Below are positions 40,687 to 49,725 of a DNA stretch of 64,000 nt, in pieces. Below the pieces are notes generated by a model. That model worked only from the letters and a program-made list of their open reading frames with translations. It did no database searches and was not told where the DNA came from. Source of the DNA: an uncultured Planctomycetaceae bacterium (GTDB taxonomy: Bacteria; Planctomycetota; Planctomycetia; Planctomycetales; Planctomycetaceae). The stretch lies in the NCBI GenBank assembly GCA_963815195.1, contig CAWFGE010000013.1, positions 480,001 to 544,000 of the forward strand, read 5' to 3'. How positions within the stretch are numbered: the first letter of the stretch is position 1; each line of letters starts with the position of its first letter. Made by a program: the position numbers and the translations under genes.

Positions 40687-42615
40687 ATGAGCCGCAGTTT
40701 CCGTTTTTTGCCGATCTTGTTCCTCGTGTTTGTTGTCGCACCGGTGTTGGCGGGCGTCGGGGATCCGCAGGTTCGCACGGATCATCTCTGGTATCCCGGC
40801 GAGTTGGCGTGTTCGACGTTTGATCGATTGCAGGAAACACAGGCGAAGGTGTATGAGCACATCACGGGACAAAAGCCCCAGACCGACCAGGACCGCGTCC
40901 TCGCGGCGTGGCTTTGGCGGAACACGCATTACGCCCACGGCGAGGAAGGCGTCGAGGATTTCTGGGGCCAGGGCTTTCAGAACTCGACCGAGAGCGCCAC
41001 CCGCGACTATTGGACGGGGCTGTTCGCCCATGGGTTTGGATTGTGCGGCACGACCCACGCCCAGTGGACCGCCGAGATGGAGCACCTCCTGGGCCACAAC
41101 CGCGCGCGCGTCGCCGGCGTGACGGGACACAATTCGTTCGAAGTGTTTCTGAAGGGGAAGGATTACGGGAACGGCCGCTGGGCGCTTTTGGATCACGATG
41201 TCTCCACGGTGATCTTCGACGATGCGGGAAAGAAACTCTTATCCATCGCGGATATCAAGGACAACGTCCGCCGGTACACGAAAGAGAACACCGCCGCCGC
41301 CAAGCAGCACGGCTGGCTGGTGTGCGGCTTGCACCCCGACGACGGCGGAGCCTATGACGCCTTCCGCTCGGCGGAATATCTGGCCGGTTACGCCGGGCCG
41401 CCGCCGATGGTGCATCTCCGGCGGGGCGAAACGCTCCGCCGGTATCTGCGGCCTGGTCTGGAAGACGGGCGGACGTTTGTGTTCTGGGGGCGAAACTACA
41501 ACACCGCCGGCATCCCCGGCCCCGAACGTTCGCGGACCTGGGTCAATCAGCCGGAAAAAATGCATGGCTCCCAAACGGGCACGGGCTATCATCCGGGACA
41601 GGCCCGCTTCGCGAACGCGGTCTTTACCTATCACCCTGACTTCAAGACCGGCGATTACCGCGAAGGCGTGATCGAGGAATCCGAAAAACAGGTAACGTTC
41701 GAATTTCAATCGCCCTACATCATCGCAGCGACCCCGGCGAGCGATGCGCCGTGGGCGATCTATCAGCCCGGCTGCCGAAACGGATTGATCGTGGCGGGGA
41801 AAAGCGGCGTGCGGGTTTCGCTTTCGACCGACCGCGGACAAACCTGGCACGACGGCGGCCGACTTGCCGATCGGTTGGACCTTACCGATTTCGCCAAGGG
41901 CCATCGGCAGTATTGGATCCGCTTCGACGCCGGCGCGGGGGATCTGCGGGAGGCCGGCTTGACGATCACCACCGTCTGCCAGGCGAACGCCTCGACGATG
42001 CCCCGGCTGACGGATGACGGTTCCCGCGTGGAGTTTTCCGCTTCGGGGCGGGCCGTCGTCAGCGCGGGACCCAACCTCGCGCAGGCGGAAGCCCACCGCG
42101 TCGACGGGGCGTTCGATTCGCCGCGGGTTGTGCTGGAACTTGCCGCTCCGCGAAACGCCCCGGTCGTCGGCCTTTCCGCGGTCGCGCACGTGGCCTCGTC
42201 GAATCCGCCGTCACCCGAGGTGGCGTACCAAATCGAGTATTCCACCGATCGAGGCGCCTCGTGGAAACCGGTCCTCAAAGACTGGCGGATCACCCGGCAA
42301 GGCAACGAGCCCTCGGACTTCTGGTCCCAGAGTTTTTGCTGGGGTTCGTCCGAACTCGACAACGTGCAGGCCCCGGTGCGCGTGCGGTTTTCCAACACCG
42401 GTGGCAAGCGGTATCGCCGGGCGGAACTGCATGTGATCTATCGCACCCTCCCGCAGGACGCGACTTGCGTTTCGTTTCATTGGAAGGACGACAAGGGGCT
42501 GCACACGGCGTCGCGGGACTTTCCGCCGCAGCTGGACGGGACCACTCAAACCTGGAACGTCCCCACCGGGAAAAGCACCGAAACCCTCTGGGTCGAATAC
42601 CGCCCCGTCCCCTGA
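40687..42615 (+). CDS. Large secreted hypothetical protein with a possible transglutaminase-like Cys-His-Asp domain
   Basis: Signal peptide; GFGLCGTTH, GHNSFEVF, WALLDHD. Confidence 0.65.
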   Translation: MSRSFRFLPILFLVFVVAPVLAGVGDPQVRTDHLWYPGELACSTFDRLQETQAKVYEHITGQKPQTDQDRVLAAWLWRNTHYAHGEEGVEDFWGQGFQNSTESATRDYWTGLFAHGFGLCGTTHAQWTAEMEHLLGHNRARVAGVTGHNSFEVFLKGKDYGNGRWALLDHDVSTVIFDDAGKKLLSIADIKDNVRRYTKENTAAAKQHGWLVCGLHPDDGGAYDAFRSAEYLAGYAGPPPMVHLRRGETLRRYLRPGLEDGRTFVFWGRNYNTAGIPGPERSRTWVNQPEKMHGSQTGTGYHPGQARFANAVFTYHPDFKTGDYREGVIEESEKQVTFEFQSPYIIAATPASDAPWAIYQPGCRNGLIVAGKSGVRVSLSTDRGQTWHDGGRLADRLDLTDFAKGHRQYWIRFDAGAGDLREAGLTITTVCQANASTMPRLTDDGSRVEFSASGRAVVSAGPNLAQAEAHRVDGAFDSPRVVLELAAPRNAPVVGLSAVAHVASSNPPSPEVAYQIEYSTDRGASWKPVLKDWRITRQGNEPSDFWSQSFCWGSSELDNVQAPVRVRFSNTGGKRYRRAELHVIYRTLPQDATCVSFHWKDDKGLHTASRDFPPQLDGTTQTWNVPTGKSTETLWVEYRPVP

Positions 42616-42647
42616 GATGGGTGGAGAAGAATATTCCAAACGGCGCG

Positions 42648-42700
42648 AAAAAAATCCGCGAGGGAAACGCAAAATCATCGTTTCCCCGCGGAGATTTTTT
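42648..42700. terminator. Bidirectional intrinsic terminator
   Basis: A-run, TCCGCG.GGGAAACG / CGTTTCCCCGCGGA stem, T-run, between convergent genes. Confidence 0.7.
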
Positions 42701-42720
42701 CGAATCAAACTCCACACAGG

Positions 42721-43173
42721 TTATTTCTCAGCCGGTTGGAGAACCTCGACCTTCGCATTGCCGAGAAAATACTTCACGTCTTCCAGTTCCACTTTGACTT
42801 CCGGATCGAAATCCCAGTCATAATCCTTGTCGACATCGACCACAGAAAACTTCTTGACTGTCCCCGTCGCTTGCACGGTGGCGCCCTCGACGGCGTTCAT
42901 TGGCAGCGCGTCTTTCGTCACCACGACGAGATCCTTGTCAAAGTCGAACCCCGGATCATCCATGCGGAAGGTGTGCGTGTCGAAAACTTTGGTCACTTCG
43001 CCTTTTAATGTGATCTCTTCTCCCATGGGCACGTTGCCCTTTTGGACGTCCTCGGGCTCGACGTTTCCGGGGGGACTCTTGTCGGCGTTGGTCTTGTTGA
43101 CGTTGTCATTGTCGCTGCAACCGCTGAGCACCAAAGCAAAGCCGGCCGTTAGACAGAATATGAAGGACTTCAT
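42721..43173 (-). CDS. Hypothetical lipoprotein
   Basis: Lipobox LSGC; AGGAGA RBS. Confidence 0.75.
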   Translation of the reverse strand: MKSFIFCLTAGFALVLSGCSDNDNVNKTNADKSPPGNVEPEDVQKGNVPMGEEITLKGEVTKVFDTHTFRMDDPGFDFDKDLVVVTKDALPMNAVEGATVQATGTVKKFSVVDVDKDYDWDFDPEVKVELEDVKYFLGNAKVEVLQPAEK

Positions 43174-43342
43174 CTCTTTCTCCTGAGTTTTGGAAGGGTG
43201 TCGTCAATGGGCTTTCCAGGAATTCCTTTTGGCTCGATGACGACGCAAACCCCATGCCAACGGGAGAAGTGTGCGTCCCCGGTCCCGAATCCGCCGCAAT
43301 CGGCCGCATCGCGGGCGGCAACCGGCCCATCCATGAACAGTT

Positions 43343-43810
43343 TTAGCGCAGCCTGGTCGCTGAACGACCGACTTCGGATTGGGTGCGGAGGTTAATGGCG
43401 CGCTTGAGAAGCTCGTCCACCGGGGCGGGCGGCTGGGGCTGCATTTGGTAGAAGAACTGGTTGCGGTTCGTCACGCCCGGCGGCCAGAGATTATCCGAGA
43501 AGAAATCGACCGGGAAAAACTGGTACCAGGGCTTGGGCACTTTTTGGAGGACGGTCAGCGTCTCGAAGCCCGGCTTGACGAGTTGGACTTCCCGCGTGCC
43601 GTAGTAGAGGAAATCCATCGAGTAAGGCGTGTAGCCTCGTTCTTTGCCGTCGATGAGCACCAAAGCCCCCGGCGGGTCGGATTGAATCGTCGCTCGGCGG
43701 TGCACGCAACCCGTTTGCCCCGCACAGCAAATCGCCGCCAACACCAGCCCCCAAATCGCCACGCGCGATCGCCCGGGGCGGGGCGGAGACGGATGTCGGG
43801 AAGCTGGCAT
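43343..43810 (-). CDS. PEGA-domain lipoprotein
   Basis: TGCVHRRATIQSDPPGALVLIDG..GYTP, KPGFE. Confidence 0.8.
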   Translation of the reverse strand: MPASRHPSPPRPGRSRVAIWGLVLAAICCAGQTGCVHRRATIQSDPPGALVLIDGKERGYTPYSMDFLYYGTREVQLVKPGFETLTVLQKVPKPWYQFFPVDFFSDNLWPPGVTNRNQFFYQMQPQPPAPVDELLKRAINLRTQSEVGRSATRLR

Positions 43811-44088
43811 CAACCGCATGGCGAGGGCGACTCAGACAGTTTGCACGAGGACATTTTGAGGGGATTCGCGAAGCCGCGGATACTAACACGAACCCCCAAA
43901 CCGTCCAAGACCAGTTGCACCGCGTTTTCGATGCTGGGGTGAGTGAATTTCCGCGCTGTGCCTTGGTGAATCAATGATTTTTTATGTATTATAAGTATTT
44001 GTAGTAACCGAATCGGTCGAAGCTTCAATTTGAGGTTGGACGGTCTCGCGAAGTTTCCGATGCTGAGGACGCTAAGAGAGGTTTGTGA

Positions 44089-45491
44089 ATGCTGACGGTT
44101 TTCACAAAACAGGCCCATCCGGATTGCCAGGGCATCTCCCGCCGGGATTTTTTGCAGGCGGGCACGCTGGGATTGGGCGGATTGACGCTGCCTTGGCTGC
44201 TCCAACACCGGGCGGCGCACGCGGCGGACGAGCCGAGCTACGTTCGCGACAAAGCCGTGGTGCTCTTGTTTCTCTCCGGCGGGGCGAGCCACATCGAAAC
44301 CTTCAACCCCAACATGACCGCGCCGGCCCCCTATCACAGCGTCACCGGCGAAGTCCAAACGAACGTCCCGGGGCTGAGCTTCGGCGGCACGTTCCCGATG
44401 CTGGCCGAGCATGCCGAGAAATTCGCCGTCGTCCGGTCCTTTCAACATCCCATCGGCGGGCATGTGCAGGCGATCGTGCACGTCCTCACCGGCGGCACCG
44501 ATTCCACCGGCCAGGGCATGCAGGGCTTCAGCCTGGGATCGATGTATGCCCGCATGCGGGGTTCCAATCATCCCCGCACCGGGATGCCGACGTTCGCGCT
44601 CCTCAACTCCGATGAGGTGGACGGCCAATACCGGAACGAAAAAGGCCGGGTGGAAAAAGGGTCCCGGCCCGGCGCCTCGGCCCGTCTTATGCCCCGTTCA
44701 TCCCCGGAGGCAAAGGCCCCGCCACCGACAACATGACGCTCAACATGGCGCGGAACCGCCTGGACGACCGCCGGGAGCTATTGAGATCGCTCGACGGCCT
44801 CAAACGACAGGCCGAAGCCGAGGCCGCCTTAGACGGAGCCGACCGCTACAAAGAGCAAGCCTTTGACTTGATTCTGGGCAGCGCCGCCGATGCCTTCGAT
44901 TTGAACAAAGAAGACCCGCGGATCGTGGAGCGCTACGACACGAGCAAATTCCGCGTGGGCAAAAAAGTCTTCCGCGATTCGCAGCTCGGCCGGCATATGC
45001 TCACGGCTCGGCGGCTGATCGAAGCCGGCTGCGGGTTCGTCACCGTGCACAGCGCCGGCTGGGACATGCACGCCGACGGCAACAACCCCGGCATCTATGC
45101 GGGGATGGAAATGCTCGGCCGGCCCGTGGACCGCGCGGTCTCGGCGTTTTTGGGCGATCTCGAAGAGCGGGGTCTGCTCGACAAGGTGCTGTTGGTCATC
45201 ACCGGCGACTTCGGGCGCACGCCCAAAGTCAACAGCCGGGGCGGACGCGATCACTGGGCGAACCTGTGCACCCTGGCGTTCGCCGGCGGCGGACTCAACA
45301 CGGGCGGAGCTGTCGGCCAATCCGCCCGCAAGAACGATGTCCCGCTCACCGAGCCCATCGGCACCGACCAAATGCTGGGCACGGTGATGCACACGCTGTT
45401 CGACATCGGCACGCTCCGCGTGACCCGCGGCGTCCCGCGCGAAATCCTCTCCAAGCTCGAAACCAGCCCGCCAATCGAAGGCCTGCGCTAG
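44089..45491 (+). CDS. DUF1501-family protein (frameshift ~44680)
   Basis: SRRDFLQAG, LFLSGGASHIETF, ARRLIEAGCGFV, WDMH, GDFGRTPKVN..GGRDHW. Confidence 0.9.
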
Positions 45492-45498
45492 ACCGTCT

Positions 45499-46191
45499 TC
45501 AGGTGAATGCCTCCATAGCCCGAATCGCAAGCGAGGGAAGCAAATTACGGTACGAACCCCTCGCTTGCGCTTTTTGAAGTTGCGCTTTTCCGGAGTCGCG
45601 AAGCGACGGAAGCGGATAGCCGTGGACGTAAGCCGTAGCCGGCTGCTGGCCATAAACCTGGATGGGGAAACTGTCGATGTCGATGGTGGCAGAGCGGACG
45701 CGGCGGTCGCTGCTGCCCGTGCTTTTGACATGCCGGTGGGTCCAGTCGAACAAGGCGCTCCGCACGGCCTTGAGATTCGTTTTGCAGCCGGCCGGCCAGC
45801 CAATCGATGAGCCGGGAATGGGTGGGTTGGCGGGCCAGCCGTTGGTTGAGGACGTCTTCGCCAGGTCCCAGGCGGCCATCTTCATGGCGGGATCATGGGC
45901 GAGCCGGTCGAGATCATCCTGATCGGACTCTCCCAGGGCCATGGCGTCGATTCTTTCCCGCAGCAGTTCGACGCTTTGATAGCGGACGCGGTCTTGCCGG
46001 CGAGGATCGATCAGTCGATCGGCAAGGGATTCGGTGAGCGCGAGCTTGTCCGTCCAAAACGGCAAGTGGCCCTTGAAAATCACTCGATCAAAACAGCTCA
46101 AGATGGCTACAATAAAGTTGGCAAACTTGGAAACGAAACTCAAAGCAAATTCCATGGCGTCCTCCAGCGGTTGGCGGTCTGATAACTCCAA
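45499..46191 (-). pseudogene. Degraded IS1380-like transposase fragment fused to the N-terminus of another mobile-element protein
   Basis: DPRRQDRVRY..LLRERI..DQDDLDRLAHDP and TIDIDS...YGQQ (IS1380-type); far shorter than a full transposase; N-terminus LSCFDRVIFKGHLP appears unrelated. Confidence 0.65.
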
Positions 46192-46395
46192 CAGGATTGA
46201 AGGACGTCAATTTATTCAAACCACCTCTTCGGTTGCGGCCAAGCCGCGTTAAGAATCAAACGAGACATTCCCGTTGAATTGCTGCAGGAGATTTCTCGCT
46301 ATTTGGCAAGCCATTCTGATGGGATTGCCAATTAACCGGAGGCACCAGATGCGAATTCCGTTTTGGTTATGGCTAGGCCATGTTAAGGAATCTCG

Positions 46396-47361
46396 ATGTA
46401 CGATCTGATTGGCGACATCCACGGGCATGCCGACGAGTTGGTGTTTCTGCTCGAGCAAATGGGCTACGACCGGCGGAGCGGCGTGTATGCCCATCCCGAG
46501 CGGCGGGCGGTGTTTGTGGGGGATTTGATCGACCGGGGGCCGAAGATTCCCGAAGTGCTGCGGATTGTCCGGGGCATGGTCGAAGCCGGGCATGCGCTGT
46601 GTGTGATGGGTAATCACGAGTTCAATGCGCTGGCTTATCATACCCGCCATCCCGATGATCCCAGCCGATTTCTGCGAAAGCACGACGCCCGCGGCGGGAA
46701 AAACGTCCGGCAGCATTTTGAAACGCTCCGCCAAGTCCCACCCCAAGAACTCTACGACCATCTGGAATGGTTTCGCAAGCTCCCTTTGTGGTTGGACTTA
46801 GGGGAATTGCGTGTCGTGCACGCCTGCTGGGATCAAACCGCGATGCGGCGGATTGAAACCGTCTGGAATCGGGAGGAAGGATTGACGACCGAACTCCTCG
46901 CCCGGGCCACCAATTCGGAAACCGACCTGTTCGATGCGGTGGAGGATGTGCTCAAGGGGAAGGAAATGCCCCTGCCCGAGGGCATCGTATTCCACGACAA
47001 GGACGGGCACCTCCGGCGGAAATTTCGCGTGAAATGGTATGAATCCCCGGAACATAAGACGTTCCACACGTATGCGTTCCAGCCGGACGAGGATTTTCCC
47101 AACGACCCGTTGCCCGAGGAAATCCATCAGAAAATCACGCCCTATCCAGCGGACGAGCCGCCGGTGTTCTTCGGACATTATTGGCTGCACGCCGAGTCGC
47201 CGGCCCCGCTGGCCCGAAATATCGCTTGCCTCGATTACAGCGTGGCCAAGTCCGGGATGCTTTGCGCCTACCGCTGGAACGGCGAGCCAGAGCTGTCCGC
47301 CGAGCAATTCCTTAGCGTGCCGGCTTTCCCTAAGCGAATGCGAGAAGAGGATTTAGACTAG
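46396..47361 (+). CDS. Calcineurin-like metallophosphoesterase (ApaH/PrpE-like)
   Basis: IGDIHG, VGDLIDRGP, MGNHE, VVHA, FFGHYW. Confidence 0.9.
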   Translation: MYDLIGDIHGHADELVFLLEQMGYDRRSGVYAHPERRAVFVGDLIDRGPKIPEVLRIVRGMVEAGHALCVMGNHEFNALAYHTRHPDDPSRFLRKHDARGGKNVRQHFETLRQVPPQELYDHLEWFRKLPLWLDLGELRVVHACWDQTAMRRIETVWNREEGLTTELLARATNSETDLFDAVEDVLKGKEMPLPEGIVFHDKDGHLRRKFRVKWYESPEHKTFHTYAFQPDEDFPNDPLPEEIHQKITPYPADEPPVFFGHYWLHAESPAPLARNIACLDYSVAKSGMLCAYRWNGEPELSAEQFLSVPAFPKRMREEDLD

Positions 47362-47521
47362 ATGTTCGTTTCGTAAGTTCGCCTGCGTTTCGGGCTAATA
47401 AATCGGCCGGATTCTGCGCCGCACTGGGTTTTTTCCCGAATTTTGAAAATAATCTCCGTGTGGGGAGCATCATCATATAAAGAATGGTTTTGGCGTTGGC
47501 GAGTCCTCTCCCATCGTCGGG

Positions 47522-48061
47522 TTGGAGCAGCGTTTGACCACCACGAATGAGGTGCGAATCGATCCCGCCGTTATCGCGGCCTTGTACCTGGAACATGGCG
47601 ATGAACTGCGGGCATTTTTGGCCGGCGTGTTGAAAGACCACGATTTGGCCAACGAAGCCCTGCAAGCGACGTTCATCAAGGCTATGGAACACGGACACAA
47701 TGCGCGCGAGGAAACCCGCAAAGGGTGGCTGTTTCGGGTCGCATTTCACGAAGCCCTGGCCATCAAACGCCGCAACAAGATGTACGACAAAAACTTGCGG
47801 AAAATGGCCTGGAGCCGCCCGAACCCCGAAAACCATTCCCCCGACGACCGATTGTGCCGTTGGGAGACAATCGTCAATGTCCGAAACGCCTTGGACGAGT
47901 TGCCTGCCAACCAGCGGGAAGTGGTCCGGCTGCGAATTTATGAAGAAAAAACCTTCGCCGAGATCGCGGAGGAATTGAAGGTCCCGCTAGGAACCGTGCT
48001 CACCCGAATGCGGCTGGCCATGCGAAAACTCGAAACCCTTTTTGACACCAAGAAACACTGA
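47522..48061 (+). CDS. ECF-family RNA polymerase sigma factor
   Basis: Region 2 EALQATF..KGWLFRVA; region 4 LPANQREVVRL..TFAEIA..VPLGTVLTR. Confidence 0.9.
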   Translation: MEQRLTTTNEVRIDPAVIAALYLEHGDELRAFLAGVLKDHDLANEALQATFIKAMEHGHNAREETRKGWLFRVAFHEALAIKRRNKMYDKNLRKMAWSRPNPENHSPDDRLCRWETIVNVRNALDELPANQREVVRLRIYEEKTFAEIAEELKVPLGTVLTRMRLAMRKLETLFDTKKH

Positions 48062-48068
48062 GCAAACG

Positions 48069-48737
48069 ATGAACCCTCAAGACTCCCTCGCCCAAAACTT
48101 TTCAGAGGATTTGCCTTGGCTGGCATTTCTCTATGTGAGCGAGGATCTCACACCCGATGAAGCGGCCGATTTTGAAGAGCGGCTGCTCACCGACCAGGCG
48201 GCCCGCGAAGCGGTCGCCGAGGCGATGACGATGGCCGAGGGCCTGTGGATGGCAAGCGCGATGGATTCGCTGACGCCCAAACCGGAATCCGCCGACGCGA
48301 TTGCCCTGGAAACACGCCAAACCGCACGCCGCAAATCCCAAAGGCTGTCTTGGCTGGCATCCTCCGCGGCGCTGGCGGGGTTGGCATTTTTTGTGGGTTG
48401 GTGGGCGGCCCATCAGCATGTTTCGCCGCAAAAACCGGCTCCTTCGATCACGCACAATCCGCCCCAATCCCCGGCACCGGTTCCGCCGATTCCCGTTCCG
48501 CGAATCGTTCCCGAACTGGAGGGAGCCGGGCAGCTTGTGGAAATCTGGTCGGATTCGCAAACCCTCGTGGCGGAGCTGTTGACCGATTCTCCCGTTGCGG
48601 AATCGGCCGAGGAATTCCTCCCCCGCGAATCCGCCGAGCCCGAAGAAGACACCTTCGCCTGGATGCTGGCGGCCGTTTCCACGGACCGGCCGGAGGATGC
48701 CAACCCCCAACAGCCTTCCGCCGTGATGGAGAACTGA
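48069..48737 (+). CDS. Putative membrane anti-sigma factor
   Basis: Follows the ECF gene; N-terminal LAFLYVSEDL..E..FEERL domain; single TM. Confidence 0.7.
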   Translation: MNPQDSLAQNFSEDLPWLAFLYVSEDLTPDEAADFEERLLTDQAAREAVAEAMTMAEGLWMASAMDSLTPKPESADAIALETRQTARRKSQRLSWLASSAALAGLAFFVGWWAAHQHVSPQKPAPSITHNPPQSPAPVPPIPVPRIVPELEGAGQLVEIWSDSQTLVAELLTDSPVAESAEEFLPRESAEPEEDTFAWMLAAVSTDRPEDANPQQPSAVMEN

Positions 48738-48741
48738 TTCG

Positions 48742-49475
48742 ATGAGAAACCGTCTCCCGCGTCGGCCGGCTTTTTCCCGTTGGGGCGTTCCCGCGGTTCT
48801 GGTGCTGATCGCAAGTTGGGCATTTGCCCAATCCAATGAGGGCCAGGACGTTTCACCGAAGAACTCCAAACCGGGAACGACCGCGGCGAAACGCGCTGCG
48901 AGCACCGCCGGAGCGGACAAAGTGATTATGACTCCGGAGCGCCAGGCCGCGGCTCTCAAGTTCGCGGAGCTGCATCATCCCGAGCTTTACGAACTCTTGC
49001 AAAACCTCAAACAGGGCCGGCGGCCGGAATATCAACAAGCCGTCCGCCAACTGTACAACGACAGCGAACGCCTGGCCCGCATCAAGGAGCGCATGCCGAC
49101 GCGGTATCCGCTCGCCTTGACCGAGTGGCAGCTCGATTCCCGATTGCGTTTGCTCGTCGCCCGGATGACCATGTCCGTCGACGATCCCGATCTGGCGGCT
49201 GAACTCCAGGAGCTCTTAAAGAAACGCCTCGACGCCCGCTTGGAGCTTTTGAAGCTCGACCGGGAACGGCTCGCGGGCCGGCTGGCGAAGATGGACGACC
49301 AGATTCAGGCGATCGAAGAGGACCGAGACTCGGCCATCGAAAAAGATTTGCAGCGAATCAAGCGCAGTTTGGGACTCAATCAACGCAGCCCCAACCGGCG
49401 CAAGTTTCCGCCAAGAAAACCAACCCGCCCGATCAGACCAAACCCAAACCAGCCGCCCCGCAGAAGGGCGACTAA
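48742..49475 (+). CDS. Exported helical hypothetical protein (true stop probably TAA 49473-49475 after a frameshift ~49400)
   Basis: Signal peptide; coiled-coil-like region; alternative frame AKKTNPPDQTKPKPAAPQKGD* ends just before the MITE. Confidence 0.65.
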
Positions 49476-49606
49476 GGACGTGTTTGAAAATGTGAGCGGT
49501 AGGCGCTAGCCTCCGGTTTCGATGAAAGGTTACTCACAAAGTCAAGACCGGCGGCTAGCGCCTTGCCGCTCACGTTCCCAGGCGAATAAATGTTTCAAAC
49601 ACGTCC
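49476..49606. mobile_element. 131-bp MITE with 14-bp perfect TIRs and TAA duplication, enclosing a REP doublet
   Basis: GGACGTGTTTGAAA (49476-49489) / TTTCAAACACGTCC (49593-49606); TAA on both sides. Confidence 0.75.
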
Positions 49607-49725
49607 TAAACCCCGATGCCCAGCCGGAGGAACGGCGGACGCCTTTCCTCCCCCGCCGACTTGAACCTTACACACCGTTTGACCCACCTTCCGTTTGCAA
49701 CAAACACTCAGGGAGAAGTTCTTCG

